Origin: Candidatus Latescibacterota bacterium
GTDB lineage: Bacteria > Latescibacterota > CBDEFO01
Assembly: GCA_965237525.1 (NCBI GenBank)
Contig: CBDEFO010000008.1
Span: 512,001-576,000, forward strand
Length of the DNA stretch: 64,000 nt
Direction of reading: 5' to 3'
Positions 30,149 to 39,600 of this stretch are shown in pieces. Each line of letters starts with the position of its first letter. The stretch's first letter is position 1. The translations under genes and the position numbers were made by a program. The notes beneath the pieces were generated by a model, which saw only the letters and a list, made by a program, of their open reading frames with translations, did not search any database and was not told the origin of the DNA.

Positions 30149-31667
30149 AAGCCTTGTGAAATAGTTATGTCCCAGGCAGCGTCTGAAGCGCCGATTATGG
30201 GTCAAAGAGAAGCATATCGTATCGTTTTGCTGTGGAATAAGCAAAATAGTCTTATCAGAGTTCTGGTCAGCAAGGAACAGGAGCTGTTTGAAGAACAGGA
30301 TGCACTGTCTTTGACAGACAGGGCACACATAGACGCTTTCCCCCTTCTTATGAAAGATACAAGCCTCTTGAGATTCTGTACTGTTGCAACAAGATTCAAC
30401 TGTTCATTCAGTGAGGCTGGTCCTCTGTAACGGGCTCGTCCCATACCGTGTTGTTGCCTGGCTTCAGCAAAGATATGTTCACTGCGTTTACGGAGTCTCC
30501 GGGAGAGTTTGTAGTCAGCTGTTAATGAGATAGACCGTGCATGATTTCTGGCTTTCGCCTCTCGCACTTTTCTATCCCGTTCGGCCTGAATATGTGCTGG
30601 ATTTGTCTTGTTTTTCCATGTAGGAATCGGTTCAATCTTCTCATCGGCTCGCAGAGGAATATGGGGTATGATTCCCCGGTCAAGTACATCAGCGATAAAA
30701 TTACCAGAACCGTAACCGGTATCGGCACTAAGTGTCTGAATGTCTTTGGGCATGGTGTATGTTTCAAGGTCATCTACCATCTTAAGGGCACTTTCGGGCT
30801 CTGCTGTCCCTGTCGCCTGCGTGCCCTGAGTCTCAAGGATTACTCTGCTTTTTGTGTCGATCAGATCATGGCCCATAAACGAGAGAAAAGCCCCTTTGCC
30901 CTTCGATTTGCTGTATAAGCGCGCGTCGGGGTCTGTAGTCGAACGGTGTGTTTGGTTCGTCCACTTTTCACCATGAAAGTCTTTATCCTGAGGATGCCCG
31001 GACCTACCCTTTGTCTTATCACCTTCAAAACCGATTCCCTTGAGATAATCATCAAGAGAAACAGGGGGTTCTATCGGCTCAATACTTTTCACTGAAGCAT
31101 CAGCTTGTATCTGAGTGCCGTCGACACTAAGGTGTTTACCGCTCACAAGACCGACATCTATGCAACACTGGACTACCTGACGCATTATCCGTTCAAACAA
31201 CCCACTGGATGCCCACTTGTGATTGCGAAGCTTGTTGATCGTGCTCCTATCCGGAACCGCATCATCAAATGTCTGATGACAAAACAACCGATATGCCGCA
31301 TGCATCCCCACTTCCTGACAGAGCCGATTCTCACTCAAATTATACAGATAGCCAATAAGGATCATTCGAACAACTAATTCAGGATCAATACCGGGTCTGC
31401 CATTGTCAGGGCAATAACAATCTGATACAACGTCTCGTATAAATGAAAAATCAACTGCCTCATCAATCTGACGAAGGATATGATCCTCGGGAACTAAATC
31501 CTCCATCTGAAAATAGTGAAACATCGGATTTGTCTGTTCCTGCTTTTGTGGGGTCATTGTTTCCTCCATGTATAATATTATCAATAACATAATATAATAC
31601 ATCGGAGCTGCTTTATCAATGCTTGTTCTATACTACTTTCTGAATCTAAGCGTTTTTCACAAGGCTT
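30149..31667 (-). mobile_element. IS1182-type insertion sequence, complete
   Basis: 13-bp TIR AAGCCTTGTGAAA / TTTCACAAGGCTT; TTAA duplication at 30145-30148 and 31668-31671. Confidence 0.9.
30202..31557 (-). CDS. IS1182/IS5-like DDE transposase
   Basis: VPEDH.LR, GRP.IDP, VDGT.I.A.AS, STTDPDA, ADTGY, R...EH.F. Confidence 0.92.
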   Translation of the reverse strand: MTPQKQEQTNPMFHYFQMEDLVPEDHILRQIDEAVDFSFIRDVVSDCYCPDNGRPGIDPELVVRMILIGYLYNLSENRLCQEVGMHAAYRLFCHQTFDDAVPDRSTINKLRNHKWASSGLFERIMRQVVQCCIDVGLVSGKHLSVDGTQIQADASVKSIEPIEPPVSLDDYLKGIGFEGDKTKGRSGHPQDKDFHGEKWTNQTHRSTTDPDARLYSKSKGKGAFLSFMGHDLIDTKSRVILETQGTQATGTAEPESALKMVDDLETYTMPKDIQTLSADTGYGSGNFIADVLDRGIIPHIPLRADEKIEPIPTWKNKTNPAHIQAERDRKVREAKARNHARSISLTADYKLSRRLRKRSEHIFAEARQQHGMGRARYRGPASLNEQLNLVATVQNLKRLVSFIRRGKASMCALSVKDSASCSSNSSCSLLTRTLIRLFCLFHSKTIRYASL

Positions 31668-31704
31668 TTAATGTGACTATCCTAAGTGAAGGCCCAATAT
31701 ATCA

Positions 31705-32846
31705 GGTAACAGCGTTGATGGTAATGACGCTTTAGGAAGTAGAGGCCTTCTCGTTGGACATTCCTGGTTCATAATCCGGAGGTAAGCAGTATGTCCAGTC
31801 CACCCGTCTACTGATGTGTCGTATTATGAGTTTCGAAGAAGACGATACGACACCTGATCAACTCAAGGTATTCTTCGCCCTACGTTTAGGATTAGATTAG
31901 AAATCAGCTTGTAGGACTTGTAGGGTAAGATACTTGGATCTATGTCATCCAGGGTTATTCAACAACCAGTGCTGAACTTGAAACAGTGCTACACTTGACG
32001 CGGTGATGAACTTGAGGCAGTGCTGAACTTGAAGCAGTGCTGAACTTTAAGCAGCGCTGAACTTGTTGGATCGCAACATCTGAGAAGACTGAATAACCCT
32101 GGGTAGTATGTCTTACAGATTAGGTGAACTGCTTTCATAATCCGGAGGTAAGTAGAATGTCCAGTCCAGGTGACTACTCATGTGTCGTATTGTGAGTTTT
32201 GCATACGACGATACGACACCTGATCAACTCAAGGTATTCTTCACCCTACGTTTAGGATTAGATCAGAAATCAGCTTGTAGGGCTTGTAGTAGGGTAGGAT
32301 ACTAGAATGTATGTCATCCAGGGTTATTCAGCAAGCAGTGCTGAACTTGTTGGATCGCAACATCTGGGAAGACTGAATAACCTTGGGTAGTATGTCTTAC
32401 AGATTAGGTGAACTGGTAAACGGGTGTGAACGGGAATGTCCTGTATTCGGGTAACAGCGTTGATGGTAATGACGCTTGAGGAAGTGAAGGCCTTCTCTTA
32501 AGGACATCTCGGTTGCAGATTCCGGAGGTAAGTAGAATGTCCAGACCACCGGACTACTGATGGTGTCGTATTGTGAGTTTTGCATACGACGATACGACAC
32601 CTGATCAACTCAAGGTATTCTTCGCCCTACGTTTAGGATTAGATTAGAAATCAGCCTGTAGGGCTTGTAGTAGGGTAGGATACTAGAATGTATGTCCCCC
32701 AGGGTTATTCAGCAAGCAGTGCTGAACTTGAAGCAGTGCTGAACTTGTTGGATCGCAACATCTGAGAAGACTGAATAACCCTGGGTAGTATGTCTTACAG
32801 ATTAGGTGAACTGCTAAACGGGTGTGAACGGGGATGTCCTGTATAA
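31705..32846 (+). ncRNA. Tandem array of three ~0.4-kb structured non-coding units (candidate novel ncRNA)
   Basis: Units at 31705-32133, 32134-32449 (5' truncated) and 32450-32846; several long stems per unit with G-U pairs on the + strand; no conserved long ORF; 3' terminator. The repeat is certain, the RNA status is inferred. Confidence 0.65.
31964..32065 (+). repeat. Six tandem 17-bp repeats AAGCAGTGCTGAACTTG
   Basis: Six copies in unit 1, one in unit 2, two in unit 3. Confidence 0.95.
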
Positions 32847-32847
32847 T

Positions 32848-32880
32848 GAGCCCCCTGCGAAACGTAGGGGGCTCTTGTTT
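32848..32880 (+). terminator. Intrinsic terminator closing the array
   Basis: GAGCCCCCTGC-GAAAC-GTAGGGGGCTC-TTGTTT. Confidence 0.85.
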
Positions 32881-32994
32881 GGATGGATCGTAGCAAGCGC
32901 TCTAATTTCCGGCTCACTCAGCGTAGCAGAGGGCGACAGGCAACACTCCGTACAACGTCAAGATTCCACGTCCCGCCGAGATTGCCTGCCTTGA

Positions 32995-33426
32995 TCAGAA
33001 TGGAGAAACCCTATCTCGCCTTTGGAACTGGCTCATCCGGTTCTCCTGTTGCTCCTCCAGCTTCCCCTGCGCGTTCTTCTTCATATCCCTGAATTTGTCG
33101 GCGATGGCCACCCAGTCCGCGTCCCCACTTTCTTCCGCCTCAGCCATCATCTGCTCCCGCCTCTCCCACGGATCCTTCAGCAGCTCTCTGACCTGTTGCT
33201 CCTGCGCTTCTGTCAGCTCCAGCGCGAAGGAAAGTCGTGTCCAGAACCAATCGATATCTAAGGCCCGCATGGCCTCCATCCGGGGCTGCATCGCCCCGAA
33301 TCGCTCTTGATCAAATGTGCCCATTCCCCGAAACACCTCTTCTCCCGCCGCTTTAGCCGCCGAGCAGCCTATGGAGGCCAGAACGAGCAGGCCACAGATT
33401 ATCAGAACAATACGCCTTATCTCCAT
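32995..33426 (-). CDS. Putative lipoprotein, Spy/CpxP-like helical
   Basis: Lipobox-like SIGC; L.LTEAQ..QVR motif. Confidence 0.55.
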   Translation of the reverse strand: MEIRRIVLIICGLLVLASIGCSAAKAAGEEVFRGMGTFDQERFGAMQPRMEAMRALDIDWFWTRLSFALELTEAQEQQVRELLKDPWERREQMMAEAEESGDADWVAIADKFRDMKKNAQGKLEEQQENRMSQFQRRDRVSPF

Positions 33427-33828
33427 CTGTTACATCTCCTTCCAACGCTTCCCTTTGTACGGGCGGGGTCACTCCATTCCTACTTCTTCGTGAGGTTGAT
33501 GTCCCCTATCTTCTGGTACTAAACTGTGATATGCGGCATGGTCTTAAGCTCCGTGCCGTTCTGACGTCACACAAATGCTCACTCACACCTCAGCTTGTCT
33601 AATGGTCTTCAACTCGATGTCTTCACTGTGGGACGAGGCCAAGCCGCCGTCGGGGAAGCCTACTTCAGCTGGCTCTTGATCTGCCGCCAGCTTTCCGACT
33701 GGACTGACGTCGATCCATTTCCTCACGCCTTTTCTGTCTTTTCTCCTGTATCTGCTCCCGGTCCTTTCTGTGATCTTCTGTCAGTTAAGTGATTTACCTC
33801 CTGTTTTGTGTTGTTCCCTAACTCTTTA

Positions 33829-34103
33829 TTTTGTTTAGGCTAACAGCCTCTCACCTTTTACGATGTTTCTTTATTTTTCACGGTGTTTCGGCTTGTTCCA
33901 GTAGAAATTTAGTAGAAGCTGGTAGAAAAGTAGCGGACAAAATTACTGAGGGATATTTAGTTTTCTTAGAAGCGCTTTTAAGTAGGAGCATAGCAACCCA
34001 TCGAGGCCTATCAATTCTCACCCACCTCCAAACTGAGAACTGAATGGTCCTACGACAACCACCGATTCTTATTGACATCTGCTATCTTATTTTGTATCTT
34101 CCC
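33829..34103. repeat. ~275-bp element, diverged inverted copy of 56733-57006
   Basis: Collinear similarity by eye, e.g. TGGAACAAGC..AAACACCGTGAAA and GTAATTTTGTCC. Confidence 0.8.
34072..34100 (+). promoter_or_regulatory. Sigma70-type promoter inside the repeated element
   Basis: TTGACA-17 nt-TATCTT, conserved in both copies. Confidence 0.65.
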
Positions 34104-34111
34104 TGCAATTC

Positions 34112-34852
34112 GTGCGGTACTCGGCCGTGAAACCGAAGACGGCTTTGAATTTGATTTCGAGCATGACGTCTTCATGGTTGACACCAGAACTCCCATCGGC
34201 CGCGGGGGATATTGGCGCACTGCATAAGAACAACTTCAGCTACGTGGCATACGGTCTCCATGACACCAGCGCCGTCACCGTGGTGGTGAACTACGCTCTG
34301 GTACCAGACGTTAGTTTTGACGAACTTGTCCGTCAGTGCCGCGCAGCGCTTGCTTGGATTTGGAGGAATGCAGATCGCTTCGGCGGTAACCGCGAACAAA
34401 TATTTGTCTCGGGCCACTCGGCAGGCGGGCACCTCGTTGCAATGATGATGGCGACCGACTGGCCCGCATTCGACCCGGAGTTGCCCGTCCAGCCGATCTG
34501 TGGCGGTTGTGGAATCAGCGGCCTTTATGACCTCGAGCCCATCCGGCTCTGCTTTCTGAACGAGGATCTCAGGCTCAGCGAGGAAGACGCGGCACGCAAT
34601 AGCCCCATGAAACAACGGCGCACCTGTCTCTCACCCCTTTTGTTGCCAGTTGGCGCGACGGAAGGGCCAGAGTATCTACGTCAGTCAAATGACCTCGCCG
34701 AAGCTTGGTTTCACTCCGGCAAGACACCTGACGTCCTGGTGATGCTGGGCCACAACCATTTTTCCATCGCGACGCAGCTGGATGATCCGGAAAGTGAACT
34801 ATCCCGAGCGATCCAGTATCAAATGGGCCTGGGGCCCGGCCCGCCCGGATGA
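34112..34852 (+). pseudogene. Alpha/beta hydrolase (kynurenine formamidase-like), N-terminally truncated
   Basis: GHSAGGH, SGLYDL and NHF motifs present; upstream HGG oxyanion motif absent. Confidence 0.7.
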
Positions 34853-34890
34853 CGAAGTAAACACCCGGTACACCACTCAAGGAGTTCATC

Positions 34891-36114
34891 ATGTCTACGA
34901 TCATTCTTCTCATTGGAGCTTTTGATGTAAAAGGAGAGGAGTACTGCTTCGTAAAAGAACAAATCGAGGACCAAGGCTGTAGCGTGTTAACAATGAACAT
35001 CGGGGTTTTAGGTGATACGGATTTGTTTGTAACTGATATTCCCAATGCGCAGGTTGCTAAAGCGGGCGGAACGGATATCACAAAACTTCAGAAAGACAAA
35101 GATCGGGGCAAAGCCATGGAAGCCATGGCCAAAGGAGCCGCCGCACTGACCAGGCAGTATTTTGATGAAGGCAAGTTTCAGGGCGTGCTGGGTATGGGTG
35201 GCAGCGGTGGAACCAGCGTCATTTCAAGTGCCATGCGAGCCTTGCCGATTGGCGCACCCAAAGTTTTGGTCTCAACCGTGGCAGCAGGTGACACCACCAT
35301 CATTACGGGGGTCAAGGACATCACCATGATTCCCTCAATTGTTGATGTCGCTGGTATCAATCCGATCAGCGAGAAAGTTTTTAAGGAAGCCGTCGGGGCT
35401 ATCTGTGGTATGACGAAAATGGATTATTCGCTCAGCGGAAAATCCAGGCCAGTGGTCTGTGCCAGTATGTTCGGCAATACCACAGATTGCGTGAATATGT
35501 GCCGCGAATCGCTGGTCGAAAAAGGATATGAAGTATTGGTGTTTCACGCTACCGGTACAGGCGGCCGGACTATGGAAGGCTTAGTTGATGATGGGTATGT
35601 CGACGCCGTTTTGGATATCACTCCAACAGAATGGGCTGATGAGATATGCGGTGGTGTCTTTAGTGCGGGCCCTGACCGGCTGGCCGCGCCCGGCCGCGCC
35701 GGGATACCTCATCTCATAGCTCCCGGATGTGTGGACATGGCCAACTTCGGGCCCATCGAATCGGTCCCAGAAAAATACAATAATCGACAGCTCTACCAAT
35801 GGAATCCAAATGTGACATTGATGCGAACCAACGTTGAGGAAAATAGAGCCATGGGGAAGATCTTCGCGGAGAAAGCTAACGCTTCCCAAGGACCAGTAGC
35901 TTTTCTTTTGCCAATCCGCGGGGTGTCTATACTGGATAGCGACGGGGATCAGTTTTGGTTACCCGAAGCCGATCGAGCGATCTTTGATGCGATTAAGGAA
36001 AATCTCAGACCGAACATTGAAGTGGTGGAATTGGATGCAAATATTAATGATTCGGCCTTTGCAGAAACGGCAGTGGACATGCTGTTGGCGCTTATGCCTC
36101 CCGGCAGAGCTTGA
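34891..36114 (+). CDS. Tm-1-like ATP-binding domain protein (UPF0261)
   Basis: D.KGEE, GGSGGT, SMFGNTT, VFHATGTGG, VDM.NFG. Confidence 0.92.
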   Translation: MSTIILLIGAFDVKGEEYCFVKEQIEDQGCSVLTMNIGVLGDTDLFVTDIPNAQVAKAGGTDITKLQKDKDRGKAMEAMAKGAAALTRQYFDEGKFQGVLGMGGSGGTSVISSAMRALPIGAPKVLVSTVAAGDTTIITGVKDITMIPSIVDVAGINPISEKVFKEAVGAICGMTKMDYSLSGKSRPVVCASMFGNTTDCVNMCRESLVEKGYEVLVFHATGTGGRTMEGLVDDGYVDAVLDITPTEWADEICGGVFSAGPDRLAAPGRAGIPHLIAPGCVDMANFGPIESVPEKYNNRQLYQWNPNVTLMRTNVEENRAMGKIFAEKANASQGPVAFLLPIRGVSILDSDGDQFWLPEADRAIFDAIKENLRPNIEVVELDANINDSAFAETAVDMLLALMPPGRA

Positions 36115-36138
36115 TTAGCAATCGAATGGAGCAAGAGT

Positions 36139-36966
36139 ATGGCTTTTACAAGAGAGCAAGTAATTGATCGCCTTCGGGCGAGTATAGACAAGGGAGTGCC
36201 CATAATCGGCGGCGGCGCAGGCGCTGGAATTTCCGCAAAATTCGAAGAGGCCGGCGGAGTAGACTTGATCGTAATCTATAACTCCGGACGTTTCCGGATG
36301 GGTGGTCACGGTTCCCTGGCGGGTTGTATGCCCTACGGCGATGCCAATGCCATTGTCATGGAAATGGCCCATGAAGTACTGCCCGTGGTGAAAAACACAC
36401 CTGTTTTAGCTGGCGTTTGTGGAACAGATCCCTTTCGGATGATGGATGTGTTTCTCAAACAGATTATCGAAGCCGGATTCTCAGGAGTACAGAACTTCCC
36501 CACAGTGGGGCTTTGCGACGGGATGTTCCGACAAAATTTGGAAGAAACCGGAATGGGATTCGGCCTTGAGGTCGATATGATTCGCCAAGCCAACCAACTG
36601 AATCTATTTACTACGCCCTATATTTTCAATGTTGATGAAGCCAAGGCTATGGCCGAAGCTAATGCAGATGTCGTGGTGGCACACATGGGCTTGACCACTA
36701 AAGGTTCAATCGGTGCGAGCACTGCGTTGACTCTGGAAGAAGCGCCGAGCAAGGTACAGGAACTTTGCGACGCCGCCAAACGAGTGAATCCGGATGTTGT
36801 GTGCCTTTGTCATGGTGGTCCAATTTCCATGCCAGATGATGCCGAATACGTCTTAAAAAACACCGAAGGGGTACATGGATTCTATGGCGCCTCGAGTATG
36901 GAGCGCTTGCCTACGGAAATCGCTATCACAGAACAAATGAAAGAATTTAAGGCGATCCAATTCTAG
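36139..36966 (+). CDS. Phosphoenolpyruvate hydrolase family TIM-barrel protein
   Basis: [35 protein letters not shown]. Confidence 0.92.
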   Translation: MAFTREQVIDRLRASIDKGVPIIGGGAGAGISAKFEEAGGVDLIVIYNSGRFRMGGHGSLAGCMPYGDANAIVMEMAHEVLPVVKNTPVLAGVCGTDPFRMMDVFLKQIIEAGFSGVQNFPTVGLCDGMFRQNLEETGMGFGLEVDMIRQANQLNLFTTPYIFNVDEAKAMAEANADVVVAHMGLTTKGSIGASTALTLEEAPSKVQELCDAAKRVNPDVVCLCHGGPISMPDDAEYVLKNTEGVHGFYGASSMERLPTEIAITEQMKEFKAIQF

Positions 36967-37263
36967 GTGCCAGCTTCAAACGGAACGGTTTCCAATTCTA
37001 TTGGGGGATAACACTTAGCGCTGATAGATCGCTGGAGCTCAATGTAGGTCAAATATGATCGCCCTTCTGGCGTTTGAATCGGTTTATATAACTTTCTAAT
37101 GGGCGCCCGCCATCTTGAACGTCCTCGGCTCTAGCGGTCCCTTGCGTACGATCCCAAAACCCTACTGAGACAATACACGTCCCGGCCACACAACTACCTC
37201 GCCATGTGTTGTGTCTTATTTCGACCCTTTGGACTTAATCAGTATTGAACAAATAATTTCTGG

Positions 37264-37365
37264 TTAACCCATTCGAAAAGTCATACCGCCATCTACGGGT
37301 ACTGCAACACCCGCAATAAAACCGGTTTCCTCCGAGGCCAGGAAAAGGCCCGCATGGGCAACATC
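37264..37365 (-). pseudogene. SDR oxidoreductase C-terminal fragment
   Basis: DVAHAGLFLASEETGFIAG...PVDGG. Confidence 0.65.
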
Positions 37366-37371
37366 TGCTCG

Positions 37372-37518
37372 GGCGGAGGTTTCGGCAACAGCATTGAGCT
37401 CGACGACGGGACTCTTGTGACCAGTTATTCCTATTGGCGGCCTGACGTCTGGCCACCGGACCCGCCGACACCGGACAAACTCTTCAATTGTGAAGTGGTT
37501 CGCTGGCGTTTGCCGTAA
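37372..37518 (+). pseudogene. Sialidase-like protein C-terminal fragment
   Basis: GGGFGNSIELDDGTLVTSYSY...EVVRWRLP*. Confidence 0.55.
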
Positions 37519-37838
37519 GAGTAGGCCGGGATGCTCCGCAACGCCCATTCTGTTGGTGAAGATATATCCCGCCATGACCTGTGGGGATATGCGTTTCCAG
37601 ACCGCCGTTACGCCAAAGGAACCACGGTCCTCGTCGACAAGGTGGAGACGGCAACAAAATTCCAACGATACCGCGGGTTTTTCAATGGATCTATGGCCTG
37701 AGAGAAGGCGGACCTTTCCAGGACTGATGAAAATCACTACTGTAAAATAGACAGGTGAGGATTTTCTACCCCGGGCAATTCGTATGTGAGCGTGATATAA
37801 GTTTATTGGCCTAATTTTCAAGTGTGAAAGGAATCGAT

Positions 37839-39554
37839 ATGGAATGGGATTATCTTTGTGTAATAACTATTGTGTTTTGCCTTGCGGCCATTCTGCCTCA
37901 TTCTGGTTGTGGGGCACAGCCTGCGGCAGAGGAAGAAACCGAAATCCTCAAGATCACTGTCGGTAAGCCGACCCAGCTCAGCGATGAGGTTAATCAGAGT
38001 ACCGCGAGCGTGGCGGTCTCGCGTACCGGGACCGTCGCCGCTTTCTATCCGAAGCCAGGCACCGAAGCCAAGTTCTATCGCATTTCAAAAGACGGCGGTC
38101 GGACCTGGGGCAAGGAGCTGGACTTTCCTCCTGGGTATGCAGGCCCCATGTCGGTAGGCCTCCGCGAAGGTGGGGTCCTCTTTATGGTGCGCAAATCCAG
38201 GCACGAACTAGAAGCCAAGCGGATAGTCTTCTCTGACGATTTCCTGAAGTATGAAGTTGGCACCTCAGCGGTGTCCGTGCCAAACGCAGTTCTGCAAACG
38301 AAGTGGGCGGAGTTTTGGCCCTTCTTAGCCAAGGGAAAGATAGTCCAGTTACCTAGCGGTGATTTGCTGGGCACCATATACGGGAACCTCAAAGGCGATA
38401 CCCAGTATCGCACCATGATCGCGCGATCGACGGACTTGGGCCAGAGTTGGCAGTACCATGCCACCGTAGCCTATAGCCCAAACGACCCGGATCCGGAATT
38501 GGCTGGCGGATACTGTGGTTATTGCGAGCCAAGCCTGGCCTTACTGTCCAACGGGCAACTCTTGTGCATAATGAGGACGCAGGGAACGCAATTCCCCGGG
38601 GAATATCGGCCACTGTACCAGTGCTGGTCCGACGATCTAGGCAAGACATGGACCAAGCCAGTACTGAGCGAGCCGCACTTGATGAATATCTCGCCGACGC
38701 TGGCGACATTGGATAACGGTGTGCTGGCCTGTCAGTACGGCCGGCCGGGCTTTCACGTTGCGTTCAGTCTGGACAATGGCCACACGTGGCAGGACCGCGT
38801 CAGCTTCTCGCATCTGCCATGTGGGGTCATCACTGGCCAGTTTGACATGATCAAAGTCGGCCCGAACCGATTGTTGGCTATCGGGAATGATTCCGAAGGC
38901 ACGAAGGTATGGCCGTTGACCGTTGACCGCGTGAAGGTATCAACAACTCACGGACGTCTTCATGGCCGTGTATTGGATGAACAGGGTAATCCGATTGCCA
39001 ATGCAACGATCGAGCGCAGCCCCAACCGTTACACCGCCGACGACTGGCTGGATCACGAATCTAAGTTGGACTGGTGGGGAGCCGGGACTCCCGTGACGGT
39101 CGGTTCACCCAGCTTGGGGTTCAGATCTATTCGACAGGGAAACGGGTATCCGACGGTGAACTCGGATACAGAGGGTCGACTTGATTTTCATGATGTGCCA
39201 TTGAGCGAATACGTGTTGACCGTGGAAGCGGATGGTTACGCGCCTCAACAACGACACGTCAACGTTCGGCCGGAATCTGAGTCGCAGGATTTCAAACTCA
39301 AGCCGGGCCGGCTTGTGCGCAGCCAGGTTGTGGATGAAACAGGCCAGGGGATTCGGGGCATATGTGTGATACTCAACAGATGGCACGTCCACACGGATCG
39401 AGCTGGCTACTTCCACTGGTCAGTAGAGTTTCCGCTGCCGCAGCAGGTGGAAATCAAGGTCTACAAGCGGTACAGCGGTCAGTACGAGACATTGGAAACT
39501 ACGGTTGCCCTATCGCAGATCGAACGTCAGCCGATCACCCTGAAGAACAGATAA
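37839..39554 (+). CDS. Secreted exo-sialidase-like (BNR/Asp-box) protein with carboxypeptidase-regulatory-like domains, copy 1
   Basis: Asp boxes SKDGGRTW, STDLGQSW, SDDLGKTW, SLDNGHTW; GRVLDEQGNPIANA. Confidence 0.85.
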   Translation: MEWDYLCVITIVFCLAAILPHSGCGAQPAAEEETEILKITVGKPTQLSDEVNQSTASVAVSRTGTVAAFYPKPGTEAKFYRISKDGGRTWGKELDFPPGYAGPMSVGLREGGVLFMVRKSRHELEAKRIVFSDDFLKYEVGTSAVSVPNAVLQTKWAEFWPFLAKGKIVQLPSGDLLGTIYGNLKGDTQYRTMIARSTDLGQSWQYHATVAYSPNDPDPELAGGYCGYCEPSLALLSNGQLLCIMRTQGTQFPGEYRPLYQCWSDDLGKTWTKPVLSEPHLMNISPTLATLDNGVLACQYGRPGFHVAFSLDNGHTWQDRVSFSHLPCGVITGQFDMIKVGPNRLLAIGNDSEGTKVWPLTVDRVKVSTTHGRLHGRVLDEQGNPIANATIERSPNRYTADDWLDHESKLDWWGAGTPVTVGSPSLGFRSIRQGNGYPTVNSDTEGRLDFHDVPLSEYVLTVEADGYAPQQRHVNVRPESESQDFKLKPGRLVRSQVVDETGQGIRGICVILNRWHVHTDRAGYFHWSVEFPLPQQVEIKVYKRYSGQYETLETTVALSQIERQPITLKNR

Positions 39555-39600
39555 CTCGGTAGCCACATTTTTCACCGAAGAAGTACTGAAAGGAATCGAC

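Noticed and set aside
31705..32846. CRISPR array or hammerhead/retrozyme interpretation
   Set aside because: The 17-mers are contiguous with no spacers, there are no cas genes in the window, and I found no intact CUGANGA...GAAA hammerhead core
37264..37821. 185-aa ORF as a real gene
   Set aside because: Only the last ~33 aa are SDR-like; the rest overlaps unrelated fragments on the other strand
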